A stretch of 64,000 nt of DNA, from assembly GCA_043228905.1 (NCBI GenBank), contig JBHGNT010000018.1, positions 2,480,001-2,544,000 on the forward strand, given 5' to 3'. A program made the position numbers and the translations under genes. This document shows, in pieces, positions 15,936 through 26,885 of the stretch; within the stretch, counting starts at the first letter, position 1; every line of letters begins with the position of its first letter. The notes below the pieces were generated by a model. It had not been told where the DNA came from, ran no database searches, and was given only the letters and a program-made list of their open reading frames with translations. The stretch is from Azolla caroliniana (Eukaryota > Plantae > Polypodiophyta).

Positions 15936-16080
15936 GAAGAAGATGCTGCTGCTGCTGCTGCTGCTGCTGGTGAGAAGGAGGATGATGATTTTCTGTGGTT
16001 TTGTTTTCTTTGCTCTCGGGCCATGGTGAAGGCGATGGCGATGGCGATGGTGATGGCGATGGCGCCATGACACCTTTCAT
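7075..16080 (-). CDS. SPY: SPINDLY-type TPR O-fucosyltransferase (GT41), 17 coding exons, about 1036 aa
   Basis: GT-AG exons read on the minus strand: 15337-16080, 12888-13049, 12631-12806, 12456-12531, 10684-10812, 10474-10593, 9975-10043, 9801-9882, 9600-9694, 9452-9516, 8965-9163, 8687-8881, 8508-8602, 8270-8405, 7976-8193, 7607-7734, 7075-7496. They total 3111 nt, in frame. TPR repeats (PAYYNLGVVYSEM, AEACNNLGVIYKDRDN) are followed by SPY catalytic motifs (GYISPDYFTHSV, VDILVELTGHTANN, TFGSFNNLAK, LDTFPYAGTTTTCESLYMGVP). The start ATG is inferred (MKGVMAP). Confidence 0.95.
10070..10430. repeat. Diverged ~198-bp direct duplication in SPY intron 6
   Basis: The block tatgtttg.actcttcaaagt...tagtgctccaaca.tgatacagtt...gctga.atttcag occurs at about 10072 and about 10270. 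Confidence 0.85.
14160..14540. repeat. ~100-bp degenerate tandem repeat (3-4 copies) in SPY intron 1
   Basis: Recurrent gtggtactaa(g)aaa..gcaaggcttt / ttggattattca.cccattg / aatgctggttt blocks. Confidence 0.75.
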
Positions 16081-16167
16081 GTGTGTGTCTTCTTCTTCTT
16101 CTTCAGGAAGGAAGGAAGGAAGGAATGTATAGACAGACAAAAAACACAGACTACTGCGAAAAAAATC

Positions 16168-16201
<34 letters not shown>

Positions 16202-16253
16202 TAGTAGGGTGTGTGTGTGTGAGAGAGAGAGAGAGAGATAGAGAGAGAGTAGT

Positions 16254-16292
<39 letters not shown>

Positions 16293-16366
16293 TAGTAGGG
16301 TGTGTGTGTGAGAAAGAGAGAGAGAGAGAGAGTTGTGTGTGTGTGTGTGAGAGAGAGAGAGTAGTA

Positions 16367-16397
<31 letters not shown>

Positions 16398-16432
16398 AGA
16401 GAGAGAGAGAGTAGTAGTAGTAGTATGTAGTG
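16081..16432. repeat. Compound (GT)n(GA)n(GTA)n microsatellite directly upstream of the SPY start
   Basis: About five iterations of a GT-run / GA-run / GTA module; reads as CT/CA-rich on the SPY sense strand. Confidence 0.95.
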
Positions 16433-19399
16433 TGAACTTTTTGCATTCTCCCAAAGTCAACAATGCGTATGTCTCTCTTCTCTATCTTCTCTCCTTTTCT
16501 CTTGTTGCCGGCCTACCTACCTGCCCTGCCCTTGCCTGCCCTCCTGGGTGTCCCGAGAATCCACATGAATCGGGTGTGTGGAGGATGATGTGCATGTTGG
16601 CTAATGGTCAGCCGGACTTGATGAACCCCGAGAACCTCTTCAAGCCTCGGACGGTTCGGTTCGTACACTCGACCCGTGCTCTCGCCCCGACGCTCTTCCC
16701 TGCGTGACCATATAACATTTGCCTCGAGTGCTTTCCTTCAAAATTTGTGTATGTAGGAAAGATATGTGTGTGCCCCTCTACTTACGATGTGCGCATGTGT
16801 CGTACATGTGAGGTTGCAAGTGTATGTGTGTGTATGTGATTGCGCACGTGTGCCATGGGATGCATTTGCATGAGAGAGGATGTGTATGAACGTGTGAATC
16901 AATCAGAATTTATATGTCCACATATGTGTGTGTGAACATTTATGTTTGTGCGTTTAGCTAACTAAATGTGTGCGTACGTTCATGTGCACCCTTATGTATG
17001 TTTCCTTACATTCGACAAGTATGTGTGTCGAAATGTATAACTTTGTATGTGTAACTTGAGTGTGAATAGATGTTGAATGTGTGTTTGTTTGATATGTGTG
17101 TGTGAATGTGTATGTTGACTATGCGGATGTGTAAGTGTCAATGTAAATTTTATAAGCATGTATATGTGTGTGTTGTGTGTAAATATATGGTCATACTTTG
17201 TAGATGGGCGGCATAGACTTTTACAAATTAGTACATGTATGTATGTGTGTATATAATATATATATATATGCATGTAATTCAAGGGTATTTTGGGAACATA
17301 AAGCTCCCCCTTTTTTTCCATGTTGGTTGTGTCAAATGAATTAGGGAATGGGACGGAAGAGGTAAAGAATCCCTTTATAGTGCGAACACTAGACTCGTGC
17401 CCAAACCAATGGTCATGATGAGGTTTTCGTGACGAGGAGGTTTACATCAGCCTTCTCATTCGTTGTACATGATGGCTAATCATGGATCAAACACCGCTAC
17501 AACATTGTTTAGTTGTTTTCATGATCCTCCTTCCTTCCTAGTTTTCGTGTCAGTGCGCACAATAGAACTTTTGAGTTTTATTGTTATGAGTCCCTAAGAT
17601 AGGCTCCACATGAGAGAACCTTTCAAGTTGTTTAATTTTGAGCTCAACATTGGTGCTTGATGCAAATCTCAAGCATCACCCAATAGAAGGGCATTGGATC
17701 TACATGCTTCACAATTGTGGCTTTGAATACTTGTGTTTGCTAAATTTTTAGTGTAAAGCCCATTTTCTTATTTTGGTCAATGTGCAAACATTTTTGTTGC
17801 AATGTTGGCACAAAATATGGTAGCCTACAATTGTTGTTGTAGGTCATGAATGGCTCCATCTTTCTACCGCCATTTGTTGTAGTAGTTATTTGAATTTGTG
17901 AGTGTAGGTGTTGTCTTCCTCCTTGATATGCACAATCAACCAATTTGTCTCTCTTGGAGGTAGCATTGTATTTGCTTTAAGTGTTGGTGACTTTTTGTTT
18001 ATTTTGATTGCTTCTACATCGGTGATGGCGAGTAGGACTTCCATCTTGCAAAAGTGAGGCTCAACCATTAGTCACCAGTGGGCAAAAAGAGGTCGTAGAA
18101 GCTATCATGAATGGAGTAAAATTAGGGGTTCCTCTTGTAGAGAGGATGGGAGAGGTTGGTGAACGCGGAGAGGTAAGTGTATTCACGTGTTGATGTATGA
18201 CATGGTCTTTGCCATCGAGGAGTGACATCCCCCAACCCTTCAACTAGCCCATTGTGAGGAATACAACCCCTCATGACTCAATAGTGACCCTCAAAGTGCA
18301 TCACGCCAAGATATGAATCATGTTGGCCCCTTCAAAAAAACTTGATTTAATGCATATCTTATTCATGTCGACATTGTTGTTTGGGCAAATTTCCTACCAA
18401 GTTCTTTCTTGGGCCGCTCTTTAGTTTTCTTCCTCTTATGTTCTTTTGGATATCATAATTGTTTTTTCTAGAGATGGATTTTCGGTGTGGGTTCTTTCGG
18501 CGTGCTACAAAATGCCAGTGTGACTGCGACATACACACAAACTCAGCTAAGTCTCGCACCCATTTATTTTATTCTTATTGACACCACAATGACGTCTAAA
18601 CGAGCTAAGGAACATAAGGATATACAAGACGAGGCTATAAGTAAAGATGACTTTTTAGATATGTGTTATCGTTTAACAAAAATAGAGATGGATATGAAAA
18701 AATGGGCAAAAGACGCTCAAACCCACAAGAAAAAAGATAAACAGGAAAAAGACGCTCTCAAGACTGAAATAGAGAATATCAAGATTTATATCTTATAATT
18801 AGGGAAATCAAGGAGAGAAAGAGGTACGTTAGGTTTTAGCTTTAATTTTGGGACATATCTCAAACAAGGAAAAACCATAACAAAAGGTTTATCTCATTCA
18901 CATTCACAATTGGGAGGGTATGAAGGCTTGTAGACATTGCCTCCTCTCTCTCACTAAAGATGTGAAAACAAATATGGAGCAATTGAAGGATATTGTCATT
19001 CTCAAGGCAAGGTATCAATATTTTAGTGCACATGTATGTGGACATTGAATGCTTAGTTTCCCATGCAATGCATGGATTGAAGAAGAATGCCAGTCTTGTA
19101 TCAAAATGTTCAAGCTCACAAAAGGTAAAAATGAGAAACCCCAAGCATTGTATCAATATTGAAGAATGACAAGGAAGATGAGACAATACCATCAAATGTA
19201 ATAAAAAAGAGATGTTTAAACTCCAACCAAAGTTAGCATGGAGACAACTCAAGGGCGAAAAGGAAGATGAGATTAGTGATTTCACTGACAAAGAGATAGC
19301 ACATATATGTAGAAGCTTAATATGCATCATAGGATAATGCATGTGACATTTAATATTGAAACACAATATAAACCATGTGTGTCTATTGAAGATATTAAT

Positions 19400-20780
19400 A
19401 GAGGGGCAAAAAAGATGTCTAATGGCAATGCAATGGATGCAAATTTAATGAAACTTTAGCTTTTGAAATGGACAAAACTAGAAACTCATGAATTGGATAA
19501 CAACTATCATGGATAAAGCTATCGAGCGAAGTTTCCTAGAAGATTGACTCATGCATTGGATTGAACCAAACCATAAAGGGAGAGACAATATTTGGTATCC
19601 AATTATTGAAGCAGCATGGTTAGCAAGTTATAAAGCACTATCATGAAACGAAAGATTAGCTCATAGGTTGAATGTCATCACAAACGAGCACTTGATCAAT
19701 CATGCTTTAGACCAAAACATTGAACTATTGATCATTTGGTTACACTAAGATTTCGTGCAAAAGAAAGTTGACTTCAAGGGAAACCACTATATTTTCTGTT
19801 TTCTGGACTTCAAGAAAGTCTTTGATATTGACTACCTCACTTTTACATACAAAGGAGAACTAACACAAGTGGTGCAAAGCTTCAAATATCTTGGTATTAA
19901 TATCCCATTAAGACATTGTCGTAAAGATTGTGGTTGTGTGTCGCAACCGCTGAGGTTTTGTGACTCGGGGATAATTGTGTGGATGGTGTGATGACAAGAA
20001 GCCGAAAAGGCAAGGTAGATGCGACGTTGTCACGAAAATAATTTTATTTGTAAAAAAACCACTTTACAATATTTGTTTGCCAAAAATTATTTCGCAAGAC
20101 TTAAACTTAAATCCTCTCTTGGAAGTAAGGTTTATCAAATTAAATCACTTCAACTCTTTTCTTTCTCTATTAATTTAACTTCCTTTATCTTTATATTTAC
20201 TTCTGTTTATCTTACAAAACTTGTTTATCAAAACAAACAGGTTTTGACAAGATTTGAACTCACAACCTTTATTTGGGCATAAGCATTTGAGACAAACCAC
20301 TTCAACTCATTTACGTTCAAACTTGTTGTTTTGATATAATTATATTTGTCTCCTTTAAGTGATCTTGAAGGTAACATTGATCCTTCCGGAGGTTGTATCT
20401 TGGGCTTCGGACTTTGATTCACGAATCAAAAAATCCTAGATGCTCCCGAGTCCTCGTCGCAAGCTCTAGATGGAAAATATACTTCTAAAGATTTTTAACA
20501 TTGTTTCGATATCGTGAAGCCTAAACTTCATGACAACTTAAGTGGAATGTATGCTATGAATTTGAACTTCAAGTGGGCTGGAAATAGTTATTATATGTTT
20601 GAGATTTGATTCAACCAAAGTGATACTCGAGGATGAGAAGTGAGATTGATGTTGTTCCATATTATGATGGACCAAGTGTTGCTTAATGGAGTGGAAATGT
20701 GGGTGACACTATTGCACGTAGTGCAAGCCATGACATAGATAAAATCCAAAATTTGTTATTACATTTACACTTGGGGGTAA
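19400..20780 (+). mobile_element. Fragmentary non-LTR (RTE-like) reverse transcriptase remnant, interrupted
   Basis: Peptides FCFLDFKKVFD (RT domain) and VVQSFKYLGINIP, plus a later VLLNGVEMWG-like piece near 20680. Confidence 0.5.
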
Positions 20781-21011
20781 AGTCTTACCATCCTATTAGA
20801 AATAAGTGCCCAGCCCATAAGGTACTATCCCAACACCATTTCGGTGCAACTTGGGAAAAAAACATTTTGTTTACTCTGTAACCTACTTATGTTCATTTTG
20901 AAGCAGAAGCTTGATATTGAAGTTGTAATATTCCTTAATTCCCATTTTGCTTTATGTAAAGCATTTGCCGTCCATTCACACAATGGATCCCTTTCTTGAA
21001 AATGTTGCAAC

Positions 21012-21255
21012 CATAGTATGAACCATATGTACCATATGTGCATTCGCATTCACGAATGATTCAATCATTCGAGTATGGTAAACACCCTAGAAGAATGGTA
21101 AATACCATACTTTTGGATTAACTATTTATTATGAGGTAAATAAACAAAAAAAAGGGGAAAAAAAACACACAAGAATGTTTGAATAACATTCGCATTCGTT
21201 TTCCAACTAGGAAAATGAATGTTATGCTAGACAAACACGAATTTTACGTACTATG
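21012..21255. mobile_element. hAT-like MITE, copy 2, with perfect 8-bp TSD
   Basis: TIRs CATAGTATGAA...TACGTACTATG flanked by GTTGCAAC at 21004-21011 and 21256-21263. An 8-bp TSD is typical of hAT. Confidence 0.85.
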
Positions 21256-21359
21256 GTTGCAACGATGTCAAGGCACAATGCATAGTGATACTTTTTTGTT
21301 TATATCTTTCCCTTTTCCCTTGTGCCCAAGAGAATAAGAAACTACTAATATGTAATTTT

Positions 21360-23700
21360 GCCAAGGCCATATTATCTTCCACATTTCCAGTTTGCAATAA
21401 AGTTTGTCTCCATATATACATAACTTGTTAAGTAATTATGGGTTCTGTAAACAATTCCTGTGGAATCATTATTTTCCTTGTTGCTTACGTTTTTTCCCAT
21501 CATTAACTTGAAACACAACTTGGGCATGATCAGAGAAAGTCATACCTGAATCAATGCCAACACTCCCTCCTATCTCCGCAAATAAATCATCAACATAAAT
21601 CCTATCAATTCTTGACAAATTGCCCCATTTAATCTTCTATCGGACCTAAAAAATGTTAAAGAATTATCCAAATTTCCAAAGGATGGTAAATGCCAGACAT
21701 CCAACAACCTTCTATTTATGGTAAATTTTTCCCATGCTAATAATTCTAAACCATGCACTGTTACTCCACCTTCACCACTCCTATCCTCAGGATCCTCAAT
21801 CATATTAAAGTCTCCTGCTACACACCAATTATCTACAATTGATAATGAACTATCCAATTCAATTCACATCTTTAATCGTTCTCTAGAAGAATTAGGAGCA
21901 TACATATTCAGAAAGCCAACCTTTTTATTATGAAATTCCATGATAACATATTGTGTTCTTCCTAACAACAAATTTCCTACTTCCAACATCTTTACTTCCC
22001 ATATATCATGAATAGCCATACATAATCCATCTTGAAGTTGTGTTGATCCATATGTTGGACCCACAACATTTCCCAGTTTTCAGGCAATAATGAACCATAG
22101 ACTTTAGTATGTCTTTCATTTAGATTAAGATGTTCTTGTAACATCACTATGTCCACTTACCCAATTATACATTTATGCAACTATTGCTGAAATCTCCATT
22201 TATATTGTTTACATAAGGATCCCTTAAGACCCTGAACATTCCAAGAAATTATCTTCATATTTACACAAATTTAGAGAGTAATATTTTTTCTTTCAAACAT
22301 CGATTCATGTCTTCTTACGACATATTTTGGAACTTAATCATTCTTCTAAAAGTTATGTAATCTTTACTAAATGCATAATTTAGTTTGTTTATGTACTCTT
22401 TGAATAGAAATCTTACTATCACTTCCTTGAAAATGTTCAATTAATGATTTCGTGGAAATTCTCCAATCATTAGCATCCTTCATGAAAGGATTATGATCCT
22501 TCGAGAAGTGCTTGGACATGGATCTTGTCCACCTCCCTTCAAACGAAGGCAAAGGTCCAATGTCAACTACTTGATTTTTAGTTTGTAGTTCCCCTACAAT
22601 CTCTTGTCCATTCATTGTTTCCAATACATTTATCGGAATGATAGCATTCTCAGCATATAAAACCATTTCACGACTACATCCTTCTTGATGTTCGTTATTA
22701 TATACTTGAACATCAAGTTTAGGATCATCTGGTCTTGATTGTATTCCTTCCACAATCTCCTTGCCAGGACGCCTATTGTTAGGTACTTCCGTATTTCCCA
22801 AATCTTCCATCAACTGAGCTTCTCCATCTTCTATGTTGGTTACCAAATTGTATATATTACCCTTAGGTTGCCATTTGGATTTACCATGACTTGTCTTTTT
22901 TATCATGTGTCTTTTGGCAACTTGAACCCAAGAGCCGCCAACACTTGTTTACGGCTCATCATTTACAACATGTATCAGACCTTTCCTTGAAAAGGAACAT
23001 TCCTTAACTAAATGTCCCATTCTTTTACATAAAAAACATTGATTTGGTAAACCAACATCATATACTTTTTTTTGTCTCTTTCCACATCCCCCATTTTTCA
23101 AATAAGGTAATTTCACATATTTAGACAACGGTTTTCCTCTAGTACATAATAATTTAACTATTGGTATTCCAAATATTTGTCCGTCTTTGTTATGTATATA
23201 GGCATCTAATACAGCTTCAATTAAACCCCCCCAATTAATGCAAGAGATGATGACATTCCTTAGGCAATCTCGGAAAACTTGTAGTTAAAACTAAAAAATC
23301 ATGTTGAGTCTCTCTCATGGTATCAAAACCATGCTTCCATTCCTGAAATTTAACCCATGCTCCTCGTATATCAACAAATTTCATAGCAAGTAATATGTGG
23401 ACAGATGCCTCATCTTGAAACTCGACATGGTAATAGCCTCTTCCAAGAAATTGCACATCTTTAATACGACCAATTTCTACCTGTAATCAAGCTTGTAGCA
23501 AGTGCCTCAACTCTTGCCGATTTGGCCGGAGACCTAAAACTTGTATGATTAAAGAAAATTGTTGCAATTGGTGGATTTCTTGTCTCATATGTACTTCTTC
23601 TTGCTTTGATAACTAAAGCTTGAACATCAACCCCACAACAGGTTGAAAATCGGGAAGTGATTCACGAGATCCTCCCATTGTCGTAGTTGCCTAGGCCGTT
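21360..23700 (-). mobile_element. L1-type LINE 5' portion (ORF1 plus APE endonuclease), pseudogenised and 3'-truncated
   Basis: ORF1-like QFLGRGYYHVEF...GAWVKFQEW and a CFLCKRMGHLVKEC zinc knuckle (about 23000-23045). Endonuclease motifs IISWNVQGL (about 22230-22255), NMYAPN and WCVAGDFN follow. Confidence 0.85.
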
Positions 23701-24169
23701 GTCGTTCTCTTAGCCATGCTCTGTTCTCTCTACTTCAACTATATTTCAATGAGTTGTTTTTTGGTTACCATTATTTTCTAGACAATATAATTTGCATGAG
23801 GCATCTAAAACCATTTGATTTAATCTTGGATTTTTGTAACAGTTCCGTTTGATCTCTTTGTAGTTGAGCTCTTCTTCTTGATTCTTTAATCTTCTTTCCC
23901 CTCTTGTAATCTAAGTTAGAGCTTTCTCTCCCCCTCTTTCTTATATACTTGTGAAATGTGTTATTTGAAGTGTTATTTAGCCAAACGCATACCACTCTCA
24001 TTTTGTATGTGTTGTGTGTTTTCATTCATTGAAGTGTGCTTTGTTCATCCACTTACCGTCTATTTAGTTATGTATATATCTAAGGTTTAAGCCTATTATG
24101 GCACTAGTTAGATTCTTAGTGAGGTGAGTGCTTTCAAGAGGGTTGAGTGAGAGTTCACAAGGCGATCAA

Positions 24170-25330
24170 TTTTTTTATTATTACACAAACATATGCCGTG
24201 GTATTATAAAATCATAAAAAATACAAAAGTTGTGTTGGATAAACAAATATACCAATGGACTCCCATGTACTCACATCATGGTCAATTTGATGTGTATATA
24301 CAAAAACCACACATATTTGTATACCATATCTCCAAGTCTACTCCTCCTAGATTGCAAATGATCATGCAATGTAGCCTATACCACTAACATTTGTAGCAAT
24401 AGAATCCATAAACTAAGTTAATAGACATTGTTTCCCAAAATGACGGGAACAATATACATCCATATTATGCAATCTCCATCTTCCCTAAAAATGAGCATTG
24501 AATCCCATAACCTTTTAAAATGCATTTGCTTCCAGAAAATAGCATCAACATTGCCCGTAAAACTTTCGTATTGACCACGTAATGTATGAATAAGCAGCAA
24601 CCAGAATTCAGCAAATATACCATAAGCATTGATCGTGAGTGACATTGTCAAAACCTTATATCCATCGCGCCTTCCGAATCATCCACCTAAGAATAGATGA
24701 AATTGTTTTCGAAATAATATATTTCTCTTTCTAATAGTATGTTATTTTGCCAACTATGGGTATTTCGAAAAAAGCCATTGTTGAACCGGCATTGGGATCC
24801 ATCATATTATCTTTGGAAACATCCACATTCTTTGTCTCAAACTAAATGTATTCAGTTTTTTCAATATTTTGTGAAGTTGGGATGGAAGTTGCTCTTAAGT
24901 AAGAAATCGTGTCCACCATCTGCTATGAAAGTGTGGTTGGCAAATGGGACCTCTTTAATGGATGCATCGAAATATTGGAAGTGGTTATGGAGTATGTGGA
25001 TTCCCAAGAAGATCATACAGTTTCACTAGTTATTGATGCATTATGCATTACCGGTTCGGGCCTGGTTACGGCAAATACATTGTAAGTCGTGTGGATTTGG
25101 ATGTGGTTGTATGACAGAATCAATTAAGAATGTGTTGTGGTCTTGTCCTAAAATTAAGTATGGAAGAGAGTTTTAAGGCTCTTAGTATTGATACATGCTA
25201 ATTGTGTGATCGCTTTGGGTGTTGTTAGGTGGGGCATTTTAGAGGGATGATTGTTGTTGTATGAAAAGGAGGATATAGTGCAAGTCTTTCACATAGTTCC
25301 TCCTCATGTACAAATGGTTCAGCCTTTTCT
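24170..25330. mobile_element. LINE ORF2 3'-end fragments in opposite orientations
   Basis: Minus strand 24418-24720 encodes the C-terminal AEFWLLLIHTLRGQY. Plus strand 24950-25330 encodes a zf-RVT-like WKWLWSMWIPKKIIQF...C..C...ESIKNVLWSC segment. Confidence 0.65.
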
Positions 25331-26885
25331 GTTTGACAGGTTTCAAATTAGGCACAAGGCAAGCAGTTTGACAATGCTCAATTATCACTCTCACTTGACT
25401 CATAATCAATAACGAATACAACGATCCACACCCCTTGGGAATGATATTGGCATAGAGACACAACTTTGTTGTGCTCAATGAGTACACCTTGACCCAATAC
25501 ATAGCATTGGAGGTGAGGTGTTCGATAAAGATTCCTCAGTCAAAATGGCCATTATGTGGCTTCTAGAAAATTTCTAGGGGATGTAAGATTAATGCCTTGC
25601 AATGTTTCCAATTTTGAGATCTACAATGGTGCAATATTGAGACTTGTGATGAGGATCCTTATGTTTTATATGATGTCCTTGTCATGTTAGACATCAAATA
25701 TTTTCTCATACCTCATAGCTTGATGGCAATGTAGATTTTCAAAGGGATGTGATAGGACGCGATGCTCCCTCCATGGTGATTATTCCAATAACGAAGATGT
25801 CGTAGAATCTTTGGACATTGCAATCACTACATAGAGGACCTTTAATAATATTGTACATTAGAAAGCTATTGATCATATATGCAATTGATGAACTTTGGTT
25901 GTGTAGGCTCTTAGTCCTTAGGATGTAGTCTCTCAACGTTTTTCGTGGCTTTCTATTTTATTGAGAACAATTAGTCTGTTGGGTTCCAAGTAGCATGTTG
26001 GAAAGAGAATTTTTGTAATGAACTCCTCATTAATTGGATTGCCTACACATTCACTGTTTAGAGATTCTACATCAATTCTAGGTTTCCATTTTGCAACCCC
26101 GTAATGAAGGGATTCTCCTAGACTGTGTTGGTTAAGGTTTTGACTTTGTGAGGTTTAATGTCTAGAAATATCATGTCTTTAGTTTGTCAATTTTTATGGG
26201 TATTGTGTGTGTAGAGTTTGAGGAACTTATACTCATGTTAAAGTCATAGTTGGAGTTATGTGTGTTTGGGTTTATTGTAACCTATTGGATGTGACTCCTT
26301 AATGCTCTTATGTGTGCTTGTCTATTCCATTCTTGTATATTTCCTTAATAGTTAATGTTAAGTGATTAAGTGAGCTTAAGTTCATTTGTGTGCATTTCGT
26401 TGTTAAGTTTAGGGCTTGATTTGCTCATTCTTTAGTGTTTTTTCATTGTCTTGGGAGCGGATTGACACCATCTCAAACTTGTCCCACCAACAATAGAGCA
26501 TACGTTGTCCCAACTCCCATAGATCTTGGTCCAAGGATAGTTAGGTAATGCTAAGTAGAAATTTTTGTGGAAAGTCCTAGGTGAGTGTTAGGGATGATTA
26601 ATAAGGGCTAGTTTTAGGGGCAAGTGATAGAGGAGAGGAATGGTAGATGTGATTGTTGGGGGTGTGTTGGAGAAAAATACTAAAGGTGAGTGCAAGTTGA
26701 GGATGACTCTAGGGGTAAGTGCTAGGGATGACTCATGAGTATAACATTATTTCCCTAAACAAAGATAAATTTCAAGGACATTAATAAATGCAATTAAAAG
26801 AAATTGATGGGAATCATGGTCAAAGTAAGGAGAAAACAAATTATGTCAAAGCATTCTAAAACAATTGATTTGAATCCATAAACAC

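Noticed and set aside
7075-16080. SECRET AGENT/OGT instead of SPY
   Set aside because: The catalytic motifs (PDYFTHSV, ELTGHTANN, GSFNNLAK) and the lack of a long intervening domain match SPY.
14968-16463. 492-aa ORF and overlapping HT/SL/VC/RE-repeat ORFs as real proteins
   Set aside because: Only 15337-16080 is SPY exon 1. The remainder is microsatellite and intron read-through.
17400-19400. Host genes in ORFs 17740-18243, 18487-18798 and 18860-19366
   Set aside because: No splice-consistent model or recognisable domain. They look like decayed retroelement sequence that I cannot classify reliably.
25340-26880. Additional gypsy integrase/LTR remnant
   Set aside because: Suggestive only; too degraded to fix termini or motifs by eye.
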